A stretch of 63,999 nt of DNA, the filler included, from Phoronis australis (taxonomy: Eukaryota; Animalia; Phoronida): NCBI GenBank assembly GCA_002633005.1. It is 9 parts of 9 records of this genome, joined end to end, with 100 filler letters (N's around TTAATTAATTAA, not from the genome) between each part and the next. Parts side by side here need not be neighbours in the genome. Positions count along the whole stretch, not along the records: positions 7,303 to 35,986 come from NMRA01000328.1; 8 more parts are not named here. One strand, written 5' to 3'. A program made the position numbers and the translations under genes. The notes beneath the pieces are model-generated. The model was not told the origin of the DNA. It ran no database searches and worked only from the letters and a program-made list of their open reading frames with translations. How positions within the stretch are numbered: the first letter of the stretch is position 1; each line of letters begins with the position of its first letter. This document shows positions 24,959 through 36,086 of this stretch, piece by piece.

Positions 24959-25471
24959 GTCATTTTAAAACAAAGGCAGAGATCATCGCACTATAACGTG
25001 TGAGAAGATATTTTTGTGATGTGCATTACCATTTTTGATCTATTCAACTTTAGTGAGATCAGTTATATTGGAAAGGTGAAATTCCTGACATTTATGAAAT
25101 GTAAGAAGCAGCACCTGTTTTTCTAACAAGTACAATGTTGTTGAAACAAGAAGATGGTAACTTATGAAATAATTAACTGAGTCATTATAATAACAAGGTC
25201 CTCTATTGTTGGAGATATCCACCTGTATTGTGAGTGAGTGGTGAAAGGTGTCTTTTTGACTCTTGAAACGGCTTTTTACCTTGCGTAAATGTGAAATTGG
25301 CAATGCTGATATCCAAAACCATGATGATCTCGGTGAGTGTGATTTCGATTTTTTTAGGATGTCGCGAACCATGAAATAAGGCAGTGCTTTAATGTAGACT
25401 ATTATATATTTATACTGAGATACAACAAACAGTAAAATGTGTGACTAACTCAAAGAAATAAAATAACATAC

Positions 25472-25831
25472 CTCTGATAAGAAACCAAAACCGTCCACTG
25501 TTAATGCTGGATGTGAATTTGATGTGTATGTTTTTAGTCTTGGTCAAATACTTTGTAGTAGTGTCTGCCGGTTGAGAGCAAGGATAAGAATATTCCTCAG
25601 CGCTGTCTTTGTTACTTATTGTAAGTAACTGTTCACCAATATTGCAGTCCTCAGGTGTGAAGTAATCGTAGGCATAAAAGTAAAAATCTTTGGCTGCCAC
25701 TGTATTTAAGATGCAGCTACACTCTGAAGATCTGCTGGTTGTGTTGATCTGGGATGGAAATCCAGGGCTAACAAAGTTGGCTTCTCTACTTGCTGTTGTG
25801 GTAACAGAACATATATCTATTAACGTGGTAT
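25472..25831 (-). CDS. Internal exon encoding a CUB-like domain (360 nt, phase 1-1)
   Basis: Acceptor TTCCAG|, donor |GTATGT; DIC...FVSPGFPS...CSCIL...C...C...IKF...GRFWFLIRG. Confidence 0.75.
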
Positions 25832-25965
25832 CTGGAATTAAAGATAGTATGGTGTACATAAATTCTAGATTATCACATCAAGTGATTGAGTCTAATGAAT
25901 GGATAGACAGGTGTTTCTAGTTAAGGTCAGACTTGACAGTGTGAATAAAAAAATATGAAGGTTAA

Positions 25966-28150
25966 AGAGGCGCGAAGTAATTAACTGAGAAAAATCAAAG
26001 ATGAAAACATTGGCGTTTTGGGGGGTTGACCCACAAAATTACGAAAATCGACGAAAATGGTCGCGTAAGAAAAACTGTCGGTGTATCAAAAAGTTAAATG
26101 AATGTTTTATTCAAACCTCATATAGCTAAGAATACAGATTCCTGCATTGTTTTTCATATATTATTTTTGAGACGGTCGAGCATTAACAAAAAGCGTTACA
26201 GATGAAAGCAAATACCTCATCAGTTTACAAGATAACAACAAATTTCATAGAAGTAGGTCAAATATTTTTTATTTACAGTCTTTCAAAGCTGTAAAATCCT
26301 TTTCCAGAAACCCGCAATAAAAAAACGTTCATTCAGTGGTATTGAATACTATATTGCCACAGGCATCCTTAATTGTCCAATGTTTTTACAATTTATAGTA
26401 CAGACCAACAAATGAAGTCAGTCAACATACTTTCCAAGGCTATAACTTTGTCCATCGACATTTTCAAGGGGTGTCGACCGGTCTCGTAGACGCCTGCGTC
26501 GCTACCTGATGACCTGAGCATTCATAGACAAATCGCTTTGTTCAATCCTTTCAACATCTTCTTGTTCTCCCTTTAAGAGAATCCGCCCAAGAGCCTCTAT
26601 ACATTAACCGTCTCAAACACTGATCCCCTTCGTTCAACTTCGCACACACAGCAGGAATAGCATTCTTATCTGTATTCCATCAGACAAAGACACAATTTTG
26701 GGCAACGTACCCATATCAAATTATTCAGTGCTTCATTTGATTTCCAATTCCTGCCATGTAGAATTACGTCTTGAGTAAGTTGGGATCAGTTAACCTTTCA
26801 TGCAGAGGGTATTATTGCTTGAACCACCTTCAAATTGAGCTCAGCTTTTGTTGTGTTAAAGAGATAATGTTGCCAATCAACTGCCTTCTGCAGAAGGTCA
26901 TCTGTGATGGCGTGGTTCCTCATCAGGTGCCATGCAATGTACTATAACGGCTCAGATAGCTTCCCTCATTCATACTGCCTTTCAATAATTTAAGTGTAGG
27001 TTATCGCATTTTTTCAGTCAGTGGCCCACTTTGTCGACCTCCTGGCTTAGACAATTTCGACAAATTTCAGAGGTAACCTTGGTGTATCGCAAATTATACT
27101 TGGTCAAGCTTCTGTTACGAAATAGCAACGTCGCCTCCTCCTTCATGGATTTGCTGGAATCAATGTAATTTTTAGCACAGTCGACGTGATTGTCTATCCA
27201 TTCGAGTATCCGTATGGCGTGCGGCAATAAGTAGACCTAACTTCATAGCCGAGAACATAACCAGTCATTACGTACTTTTGCGATACGTACTTTTGAGATT
27301 GTGCATACTCCATTAATGTCACGAATATCAATGCTCATGCCACGTGACATCTAACGAAACAGATATGTCAGTTGTGTCATCTGGGCATAATCCAGCATCC
27401 AAATTCGCGCATAGTTTTGGCCACGGCTTTAACATTGCTCTGGCCAGTTTCAATATTTTGTACGACACATCCTTGTTGATGAAGCTATATGTCTCACATA
27501 CCGAAGGCATATTGGAGCCTTTGCTCATGTTCATATCTCAACAAACTAATCAAGGGATCCGTACATTTAGCTTGTCAGGCTGTCCAAGTCACCCACTTGA
27601 AAATAAAGTCTGAAAATACTTAAATGTCTCTTCATTACATTGAAAAGATTGCTCCTCTAGGATACCAGTGTGTTGCCGAAAGTAGGCGAGAAATATCTGT
27701 AAAAAGTTTGTTGACATCACTCAAATCTGCCACACAACACTTTTCAGGAACCTCTATTTGGTCAGGGTCTTGTTGTTGCCGGTACCGTGAAGTTGAAGTT
27801 TTTCGTGCCGCCGCCCATCCAGTAGTAGGAGATCCAGCAATTCCACTCCCGGTTTCGCTGCCGAACCATACGGCGTCCTCACCCCGCCGCTCACCATTCA
27901 CTCGGCTCCGCTTTCATCTTACTTTCAGTACTTTTAAGTTTCAACCTGTTTCTTTACGACGTTCCCTTGCAGTAGCCAGCTGTTCTCTTCTGCTCTTTTT
28001 TGCCGATCCATTTTTTCAACAATCTTTCTCGCCCCATTTTAACCAAAAATGTTCTACGAAATCTCTAATAAACTCAATTCACTCGAAAGCAGTTGATCGA
28101 CATAAACATGATGCCAAATGTGGCGCTTATAAAGTTTTTTCTATATGACA
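25966..28150 (-). mobile_element. Kolobok-type (Mutator-like DDE) transposon relic
   Basis: TTAA|AGAGG terminus at 25962-25970; decayed motifs DISVSLDVTW (DGTW type), H..C.KNY..SS.SM...RS...LRY, LHERLTDPNLL; right boundary approximate. Confidence 0.65.
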
Positions 28151-28359
28151 GGAAAAGGCCGAATGTACTATGCTTAAAAAAACCTCATTCCTGATAAATA
28201 TGCGGTAAACTTCAGCAGTCAATGAAATACCTGGAGTACATGCTTCTGCAGCCCTCCTAATTGGAAATAGCTGTATATTTCATATGGTCATGACCTTTCC
28301 ATTGATGCAAGCATCATCATTGGCTGTCGCACAATGCGTGGGAAGTTGAGCTAAGTTAA

Positions 28360-29956
28360 AGGCGAAGGCAACCTTTTTTCATGTCATTTTTAACAAAAAT
28401 AGGGTTCGTTGATTATCCCAGACATATTTTTCACTTATTTACAGCTTTTCGTAATTTAATTAATTACTCGTCGTCTACATTCGGAAGTGACGTTTTGGGA
28501 GGCAAGCGTTTCCCGCCACTTGGTTTTGCGTTGACTTTATCGTGCGAATCTGTTCTATTCTACTTTTGTTTTGTGCTGTTTTTCAACAATTGTCGCCACC
28601 ACTTTCCATCGACGAGTATTCTGTGGCAAAATAGGTTAGTAGAGAACTCAACTACGTTGGATTTAGGGATTGTTTAGTGTGTTGTAAGCTGAAAATGGCT
28701 GGAGTCGGTGACCCGTATCACAGGGACAGTAGTGTGAGTGACGGAGACCTTGTTCACAGCAGTGGTGACAGGAATTTTTTCACGGACATTCAGTGCGCCA
28801 ATTTCTTTTCATACAGTCTGACTGTGAGAGCAGTCGAGTCAGTCATTGTTCTACCTCGGTTGTGATAAGTTCGGTCGTCGTTTGCTTTTGTTTACGAGTC
28901 ACGGTCAACATGCCACGCTGTTGCTTCCTACCGAGAAGTACTCATTATCGTCTCACGTACAGAGGAAGAACTGTCCCACTTGCCCGAGTATCCCGCGACA
29001 CACTCCCAGTGGATGGTGACTTGAACACCCAAACTGCTTACATCCCGCCGTACGACTCCCTCGTCACACACGTGGCACCTTCTAAATAGCTCCAATACAA
29101 GTCCACAATAAACTTATCAAACTTAGGCTCACTGATCTGTTCATTGGATGACAAACTGTTCTTTTCACTGGGTGCCAAACTGGGCCTATATCCACTCCCA
29201 CTTCTCAACATCGCTCCAGGGCTGCTTACAGGCTCTGGGCTAGAGACAACAGCACACGGGGAATCACTGCTAGTTCCTGGAATTGCACGCTATGGGGTAC
29301 GTTCGGAGGCATGGGTGACAGTAGATGAAGTGCCTCCAGTCACTGTTTGTAGTGGCCACAGCTCGCGAGGCTTCTCGCTTCAAAAACGCACTTCTCGGGG
29401 GTGGCGACGGGGCACTGCCGGGAATCAACAGCGACGGTATGGAACCCTTCTTCAGGCGTTGTTTCGCAGGGACCTTCATCAATTCAGCGTACATATCTCT
29501 GTCGTAATCTGACGGCCGAAAATGCTTGCCACTGCTTTGTACGTTGCGTGAACGGGTAGCGCTGCGTTCTTCACACGAACGAGCTAACCAAGTAAGGCGA
29601 AGTGTGTCGTCCTTCGGAAAGCGATGCAAGGTACCCAAAGCGCGCGTTAGACGATAATGAGTACATCCTGGTACACAGCAACAGCGTGGCATGTTGACTG
29701 ACTCGTGAACAAAAGCAAACGACGACCGAACTTATCACATCCGAGGTAGAACAATGACTGACTTGACAGCTCTCACAGTATGACTGTATGAAAAGAAATT
29801 GGCGAGAAATTCTTGCCTCCTAAAACGTCACTTCCGGAGTAGAGGACGAGAAATTAATTAGATTATGAAAAACTGTAATTAAGTGAAAAATATGTCTGGG
29901 ATAATCAACAGACCTTATGTTTGCTAAAAGTGACATGAAAAAGGTTGCCTTCGCCT
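28360..29956. mobile_element. Non-autonomous Kolobok-like element with long inverted arms and a THAP ORF
   Basis: TTAA on both sides; AGGCGAAGGCAACCTTTTT...AAAAAGGTTGCCTTCGCCT termini; arms ~28360-28518 plus ~28796-28958 mirror ~29640-29956. Confidence 0.88.
29270..29692 (-). CDS. THAP zinc-finger domain protein (transposon-borne, third Cys lost)
   Basis: MPRCCCVPGC...LHRFPKD...W...SGKHF..SDY...LKKGSIPSL. Confidence 0.8.
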   Translation of the reverse strand: MPRCCCVPGCTHYRLTRALGTLHRFPKDDTLRLTWLARSCEERSATRSRNVQSSGKHFRPSDYDRDMYAELMKVPAKQRLKKGSIPSLLIPGSAPSPPPRSAFLKREASRAVATTNSDWRHFIYCHPCLRTYPIACNSRN

Positions 29957-29964
29957 TTAAGGAC

Positions 29965-30034
29965 TTGTTATCATCATAAAATGAGACAGTAGGTGTTGTA
30001 GATTGTTATCATCATAAAATGAGACAGTAGGTGT
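29965..30034 (+). repeat. Tandem duplication, 38-bp period
   Basis: TTGTTATCATCATAAAATGAGACAGTAGGTGT twice. Confidence 0.9.
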
Positions 30035-30289
30035 AATAAACGACAAAAAAGTATTACATCTACACATTTTGAATTTCATGAAAGATAGGGGTTTAAAATA
30101 CATTATGAGTTTAAAAATCTAAAGTGTCAGTACACAAAACAAAATGAGAATTCTACACTGCCAAGTCTGAGAGAGTGATATACAGATAATACGTTTATTA
30201 ACTAACATAACAATTGGCAAAATACAATAATATCACAATAACATTAGTGTTCATACATTGGACAAACATTAAAAGACTGAGATAAGGCA

Positions 30290-30900
30290 TCATTAGCATA
30301 AATACTTAATAAATAAGTGGTGCTACATATTAACACTCCACAGAATACAACATGGCGAACATTAATGAGTAAGTGATGACTAAATTTCCATATATGTTTG
30401 TGTATGTGGTTGCGTGTGTGTGCGTGTATGTGTCCAAAAATGAGTAATGTTTCTGCGTAATATTGCAAATTGTATATGGTTATTCACGATGGAGATGATT
30501 GCGGGAGTCATATCATAGTAAGTATCTAAAATTTTGTTCTTGTAATATCTTGAAAGTCCAGCAAGTGTGAAAACGTATACAGTGAGTTTTTTGTAAAATG
30601 GAGTCTTGAGTATAAGGCTGTATTTGCAAAATGTAAAAATGAAATTTCGTAAGAGATATGGCGAACGGCAATTTCTATTTTGATCTGCTGTGATAGGAAA
30701 TGAAATTGTTTTGAAAGTAAAGTGGAAGTTGTAATTTATTTTCCATCAGAATATATTAAGAGTGCCTTCAGGCGGAAGAATTTTTTAAAAACTTGGATAT
30801 CAGATTTGTATTGGAAAAGTAGTGGGTGTTGGGATCATTCTTAATAAAACATATTAGGTGGTGGGACAGAAAATGATTGCCTTGAGAACAACATACAATT
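30290..30900 (-). pseudogene. Possible L1/Tx1-type LINE C-terminal relic
   Basis: WKFSHHLL...FCG...HLF resembles the zf-RVT region; heavily decayed. Confidence 0.35.
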
Positions 30901-30979
30901 AAATTTAAATCCGACGATTTACAATACAAAGATGACTACTACAGCTGCGAGTTTAGTAATGTCTCGGCAGTTATCTTAC

Positions 30980-31276
30980 CTGATTCGCATTCATATTGAA
31001 CAGTCACATAGTTACTTTCAGTTGTCTGTGTAGCACCTGGACAACGGCCTTCATCAGTTATTATTGTACCTGTCCGTGCTAGAAATTCACATTGATGATG
31101 TCCACTGCATTTCCCTTTAATACTGTTTGCATAATCAGTATCTACAGTTCCAAGACAATAGCCTTCTCCTTTCTCACAGTTAGGCCTTTTCCCATACAAT
31201 ATAGCTCTGATTAGAAGTACTTGGTTAGCACCAAAGCACTCCACTAATGCCTTCCGTCCAGCGCATATGTCTTTCC
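30980..31276 (-). CDS. Internal exon encoding a SUEL/rhamnose-galactose-binding lectin domain (297 nt, phase 1-1)
   Basis: Acceptor TTTAG|, donor |GTAAGA; C....VEC....LLI.AILYGK..C...C...KCSGHHQC...CP...YVTVQYEC. Confidence 0.85.
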
Positions 31277-31463
31277 CTAAACGGAATAAACAATTTATTT
31301 TGTAGAAAATATTAACAGTAAACCTATTAATTATGTCAAACCACTTCACCACTAAGTGTTTAGTTAATGGGCATGAGCTGTCTTAAAACATATCCTGTGG
31401 CGCTTTTCATTTGCCATCTTACCAGAGATTAGTATTTTTTACCTTACTTATGTTTAGTCAGTA

Positions 31464-31600
31464 CCTATTACTTGTAATTGTATTAGTCAAAAAAATGATC
31501 TGACTTGTAATTGAATAAGTCATATAAATGGCCTTACTTGTAATTGTATTAGTCATATAAATGACGTTACTTGTAATTGTATTAATCATAATAAATGACC
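31464..31600 (+). repeat. 33-bp minisatellite, about 4 copies
   Basis: TTACTTGTAATTGTATTAGTCATATAAATGAC-like unit repeated. Confidence 0.85.
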
Positions 31601-31754
31601 TTATATCGCCAACCCCGGTCTTTGTTTTATCTCTGGTAACGAGCTTGTGACGCACAAACTATTATATATCATTCGGGACATATGTCCATCATAAAATCAT
31701 TTTTATAATCTCGCAATAACTGGTGTTTCAATTCAACAACTTGTGCATGAAGTA

Positions 31755-32008
31755 CATGCGCGCACCCAGCCTTGAATATGGGGGGGCTCGAATTCCTGAC
31801 TTTGTGGACCTCTTGGTAACAAAAAAGTGGGCGGACTAAAAGAAAACGGGCGCACCCCTGTGAATTACGCGTTTATTGCGCATGATTAATTGACTTATGC
31901 ATCATTTTCTCGGACTTTTTGTGGCTCAGAGGCGGACCTTTTTGCCCACTTCGCCAAATGGGGGGGCTCCTTTGAGCCCCCCGAGCCCCCCCCCTGGGTG
32001 CGCGCATG
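31755..32008. mobile_element. MITE with 15-bp perfect TIR and probable 5-bp TSD
   Basis: CATGCGCGCACCCAG...CTGGGTGCGCGCATG; flanks AAGTA/AAATA. Confidence 0.85.
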
Positions 32009-32194
32009 AAATATTACCTCTGCATTAAAACCTCCACATTTTTACTCTGTCTTTGCTAGGTCATTATATTTCTCGTACATGTCTTTAGATATGACGTACA
32101 CATCACTTCTTGACCCCTCGTAGGATTTGGAGGAGTTGAAACACAAAAAACTTTTGTCCGTTGGGTGATAATTCCTCTGAATCGCACGATTGGT

Positions 32195-32410
32195 CTGTAC
32201 CGCTGTTTCCCAGTAATCTGCACCGCTGTTCCCGGTCCTTGTATTCCCCCGTTCCTATGTTCCCCAACCGATTTTCCATTGTTCCTGTGCTCCTCGACCC
32301 TATTTTCTACTATCCCGATGTTCCCCTGACCATGCGTTCACCTGTCCTAATGTTTCCCCGACTCCATGTTCCGCAGCCTCGATGTTCCGCGGCCCTACTA
32401 ATGTTTTCCC
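32195..32410 (+). repeat. Degenerate short tandem array (ATGTTCCCC core)
   Basis: Recurrent (G/A)TGTTCCC motifs about every 16-20 bp. Confidence 0.6.
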
Positions 32411-32812
32411 TTACAAGAAGGACATGATTGTCTAGAATGACCAGGGCTATAACATCTACACGTACACGTGGAAGAGAGTATCCCTGCTGTAAATTGATTG
32501 ACTTTTTGAAAAAATGAAGTTTAATAGAACAAATCTCATTTACAGCAAGCCCTATTCTTGTATAAATACAAAGGCACAAATAAACATATTTAAACTTGTC
32601 ATAAGTTACTCAATACTGAACTTAATATGGTGCCTTTTCATGTAAGCGATTTTGTTGGTCACTGGCTCAGATTAAACTTTCCTGGGGGTATGACCCAAAG
32701 TTGCAGTACACAAATCCTTGACAGGGTTTCATTCTGCATTCAGCTTTCGTTGAAAATATTCACAGATAGTCTTTGACGTTGTAATATTAAAATCTAAAAA
32801 ATATTTATCAAT

Positions 32813-32966
32813 ATAGATTATTACATGGCGAAGTCGTTATCCCCCATTATCGTGGATTTTGTAGAATTATCACCCTCAGGGCTAAGGCCCTTCGGGCGAT
32901 AATTCTCCAAAATCCACTCGGGCTCTAGATAAGGGGGATAACGACTGAGAACATGTAATAATCTAT
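32813..32966. repeat. ~154-bp interrupted palindrome (foldback)
   Basis: ATAGATTATTACATG/CATGTAATAATCTAT, GTCGTTATCCCCC/GGGGGATAACGAC, GTGGATTTTG/CAAAATCCAC, AGAATTATC/GATAATTCT around AGGGC-TAAG-GCCCT. Confidence 0.9.
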
Positions 32967-33434
32967 TTATACCACTTACTGAACGAGAAACATTGCAATG
33001 AATCGATCTACCTTTCTCAACTCGCCCCGGCTTTGTAACTACTTTCTATGTCAGAGGCCCGGGGTCGGAGGTCGTGACCTTTTAAGAAAAGCCGAGCTAT
33101 TTTTGTCAAATAATACTTTTACTGAAAACCAATTGAAAACTTAAACAAAATAGAAATATAAGTGAATCTACAAATTAAGGTTTAGCAACTGTTATAGCTT
33201 ACTACACATTTTATCACGCTAAGCTTCGACCGGGAAAATATCGTCTGCTAAAGTAGTAACTGAGTATAATGCTCAAGTCAAAATATCCCGACTACACGAT
33301 AGCCGCATTCAAGTGAGAGAACACGAAAGAAAAAGCCTTCACTGAATTAAAATATCGTTTTTATGGAAATTATGCGTCTTATTTTTCATAGCGTATAAAT
33401 GTCGGTACAATACCCTTTACTGAACATGCGATTG

Positions 33435-33645
33435 TTGCGCGTACTCATTTAAGTATTCTATTTTCACGTTCGATGACGTTAGCCGCTGAGTGCTGTAGCG
33501 GTAAAATCGGCGACTCGAAACGCTTGAGGCCCAGGTTTGAAACCGGCCTCGGTTTCCCGCCAGATTGTTATCTCACTAGTGAGATAACTAAATGGGTTAT
33601 TACACGGTTGTATTTGCCATTTGACGCTAATATTGCGGTATAAAT
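33435..33645 (+). mobile_element. Repeat arm with tRNA-like cassette (33482-33555) and 22-bp palindrome (33567-33588)
   Basis: Reverse complement of 35776-35986; decayed A box (TGCTGTAGCGG) and B box (GGTTTGAAACC). Confidence 0.8.
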
Positions 33646-35775
33646 AACAGCGAGCAAGGCTTCCCGCGCGTGAGTAGCCTACTGAATTGACCTTGAGACA
33701 GCCGCGCAGCTAGAAGTCTCGCCGCGTTTCTTGAGTTGGGGCTCGTCTCTGTTTGAATGAACGTGTGTATGGAATTCGCCGCCGAAGATGGGTCCGTTTA
33801 AGAAGTTGTTTGCGTGTTCTTGCCACTGGGAGTACGTACAGTTGCGACACCCGATTTGTCAATCATAACCTTGTCACCTCGGAATTCCAGAATTATCTGG
33901 TTGGCGCGCGTTTGGTTATTTTACTAATGTTTTGCAGACAATGAAATGTAAGGCGTATGGATTTCTACTTTGCACTACCTTATGATCTGCCCATGTAACA
34001 TTAAAAAATACGTACTCGGTGTTAGTAACCAATCGTGTCGTAACACATTCCATTTCATGAGAGAAATCTTTTTACAAAATCAAATATTTTGTGAAGTGGT
34101 CTTTATATTAAAAGGATCTTAATACATGTGTCAAAACGATCATGCCTCATGCTTTATTTTCTATAGATATTTCAAGTGTAAGCAAACGCACCCCGGCCAA
34201 CTCGCGATCGAGAACGCCCGGAAGGCGATCGAGAACGAGACCTTGCACCATAGATTATTGTCTATGCTTGCACTAAAAATGGCAGACGACAGTGACGTAC
34301 CCGGTGAGTTTAAGTGTCATTTACTGCTTAAATAGAGGCCACTTTGGTACGAATGCTACACACAGAAAAGCGTCAGAGTGTAACCTTTGTTGTGGATCTG
34401 AAATGATACTTGGCTTTTGCTTATTTTTCAAAATAAAGAGCTCAGAAAGCAATGGCTTTCGGTAAAATGCCTTGCGCCTCGTAAAATCGACAATTTCTAC
34501 TTGTTATTAGCAATTACAGGGTTCTTAAGAAGAGACGTGTGACGTCTATAGTTTAATCGTCCTGGTGACACATTTGTTAGTTATGATTTGTGAAACAACT
34601 TGAGATATTTACCAATACAAGCAGATATTTGTGTGAGACGGCGATCGGGAACGAAGTCATTAATTCTCTTTGGCAATCTTGAACATTAAAAAAGCGATCG
34701 TGAACGCATTTTTTCTCTGCATTGGCCTGAATAGTCCTTCAGGTTACGGTATTATGTCAATAATTTTAGAATAATACGGAGCCTGGATTAGTTGATGGGT
34801 TGATTAATTACATTTCATCGTTTTTCATGATTTCAAAGTGAGATTTAGCCTAACAAACATAACTGAATGCGTTTGATTAATTCAGTTGAATTGTAGCCAC
34901 ACGAGGAGTCCTTCATGGTGTTAACGTCCACGCCTTCAATAAGAGTAGTACAACTGCTGCATGTCATGAAGGAGTGTGTGTGTATGTTGTGGAGCCTCGC
35001 TTAGGAACTAAGAAATCGACTTAGTATGACCCCGGCAATAAAACACAGTAACACTACAACAAGCAAGACCTTTACCAGCCCTGTGATTGACGCATTGCAT
35101 GCTTCAAGAGTTTTTTTACCAATATAGTAAAACACGACATCACAGGCGCTTGGGTTTATCGCAAATGGCGTCACTCAATAATATATATAAGAAAACATAA
35201 AGGTTGGACACTCGAAATCTGTTTGCTCAGAATTTTCTACTCATATGTGCATGGAACTCCACAAAACTAGCATCGGACAACTCTTAGAACACTTTCTTTC
35301 ATTCGATCTCTTCAAATTGCCTTCGAGTGGTGATTTGGCGACAAAAATGCCAAAAGAATGCCAAAATCACAAATTCAAGGAAGTGATTCCGTGATGTCAT
35401 GGCAGACGGTCTTCGCACATCCGGGTTTTTGACGGAGGCTCCGTGCTTAATCCGAAAGTCTTATTTCGCGCGTCTTTCATCGTCAATCCCTCGACTACTT
35501 CATCATAAGAAGCAGAGAGCACTTTATTGCCAAATAAATGTAATTACTCACGTATTTGTGTCAAATATAAATTATCCTGATACTGTATTGATATGCGAAG
35601 TTTTATTTGTACTGTGATTTCTTATGAAGGTTTTACTTTTGGCTAAAACCATGGAGTTAACTCGTCGGCCACGCGCATTGTAATACTTGCACGGACTGCG
35701 TTTCCTGGCCGAGTGTGTGTTGTGCTTCAATCAAAAAAGTGCCTGATGTCAAGATGAGAAACAAGATACGCCAGT

Positions 35776-35986
35776 TTATACCACAATATTAGCGTCAAAT
35801 GGCAGATAAAACCGTGTAATAACCCATAAAGTTATCTCACTAGTGAGATAACGATTTGGCGGGAAACCGAGGACGGAGTCGAACCCGGGACCTTGGTATT
35901 GCTGATCGCCGACTTTAACCACTACACCACGCAGCGACTGACGTCATCAAGAGTGAAAAAAGAATACTTAAATGAGCACGCGCAAT
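35776..35986 (-). mobile_element. Second repeat arm with tRNA-like cassette (35865-35938) and 22-bp palindrome (35831-35852); cut by spacer
   Basis: Minus strand: A box TGGTGTAGTGG, B box GGTTCGACTCC; GTTATCTCACTAGTGAGATAAC. Confidence 0.8.
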
Positions 35987-36086
35987 NNNNNNNNNNNNNN
36001 NNNNNNNNNNNNNNNNNNNNNNNNNNNNNNTTAATTAATTAANNNNNNNNNNNNNNNNNNNNNNNNNNNNNNNNNNNNNNNNNNNN
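35987..36086. other. Artificial contig spacer
   Basis: N44-TTAATTAATTAA-N44. Confidence 0.97.

Noticed and set aside
27624-28148. 174-aa plus-strand ORF
   Set aside because: Antisense to the decayed transposase region; low-complexity, no recognisable domain
31464-31600. CRISPR-like array
   Set aside because: Contiguous 33-bp units with no unique spacers, in a eukaryotic intron
35865-35938. Functional tRNA gene
   Set aside because: A and B boxes present but acceptor and anticodon stems do not pair properly; embedded in a repeat with a diverged second copy
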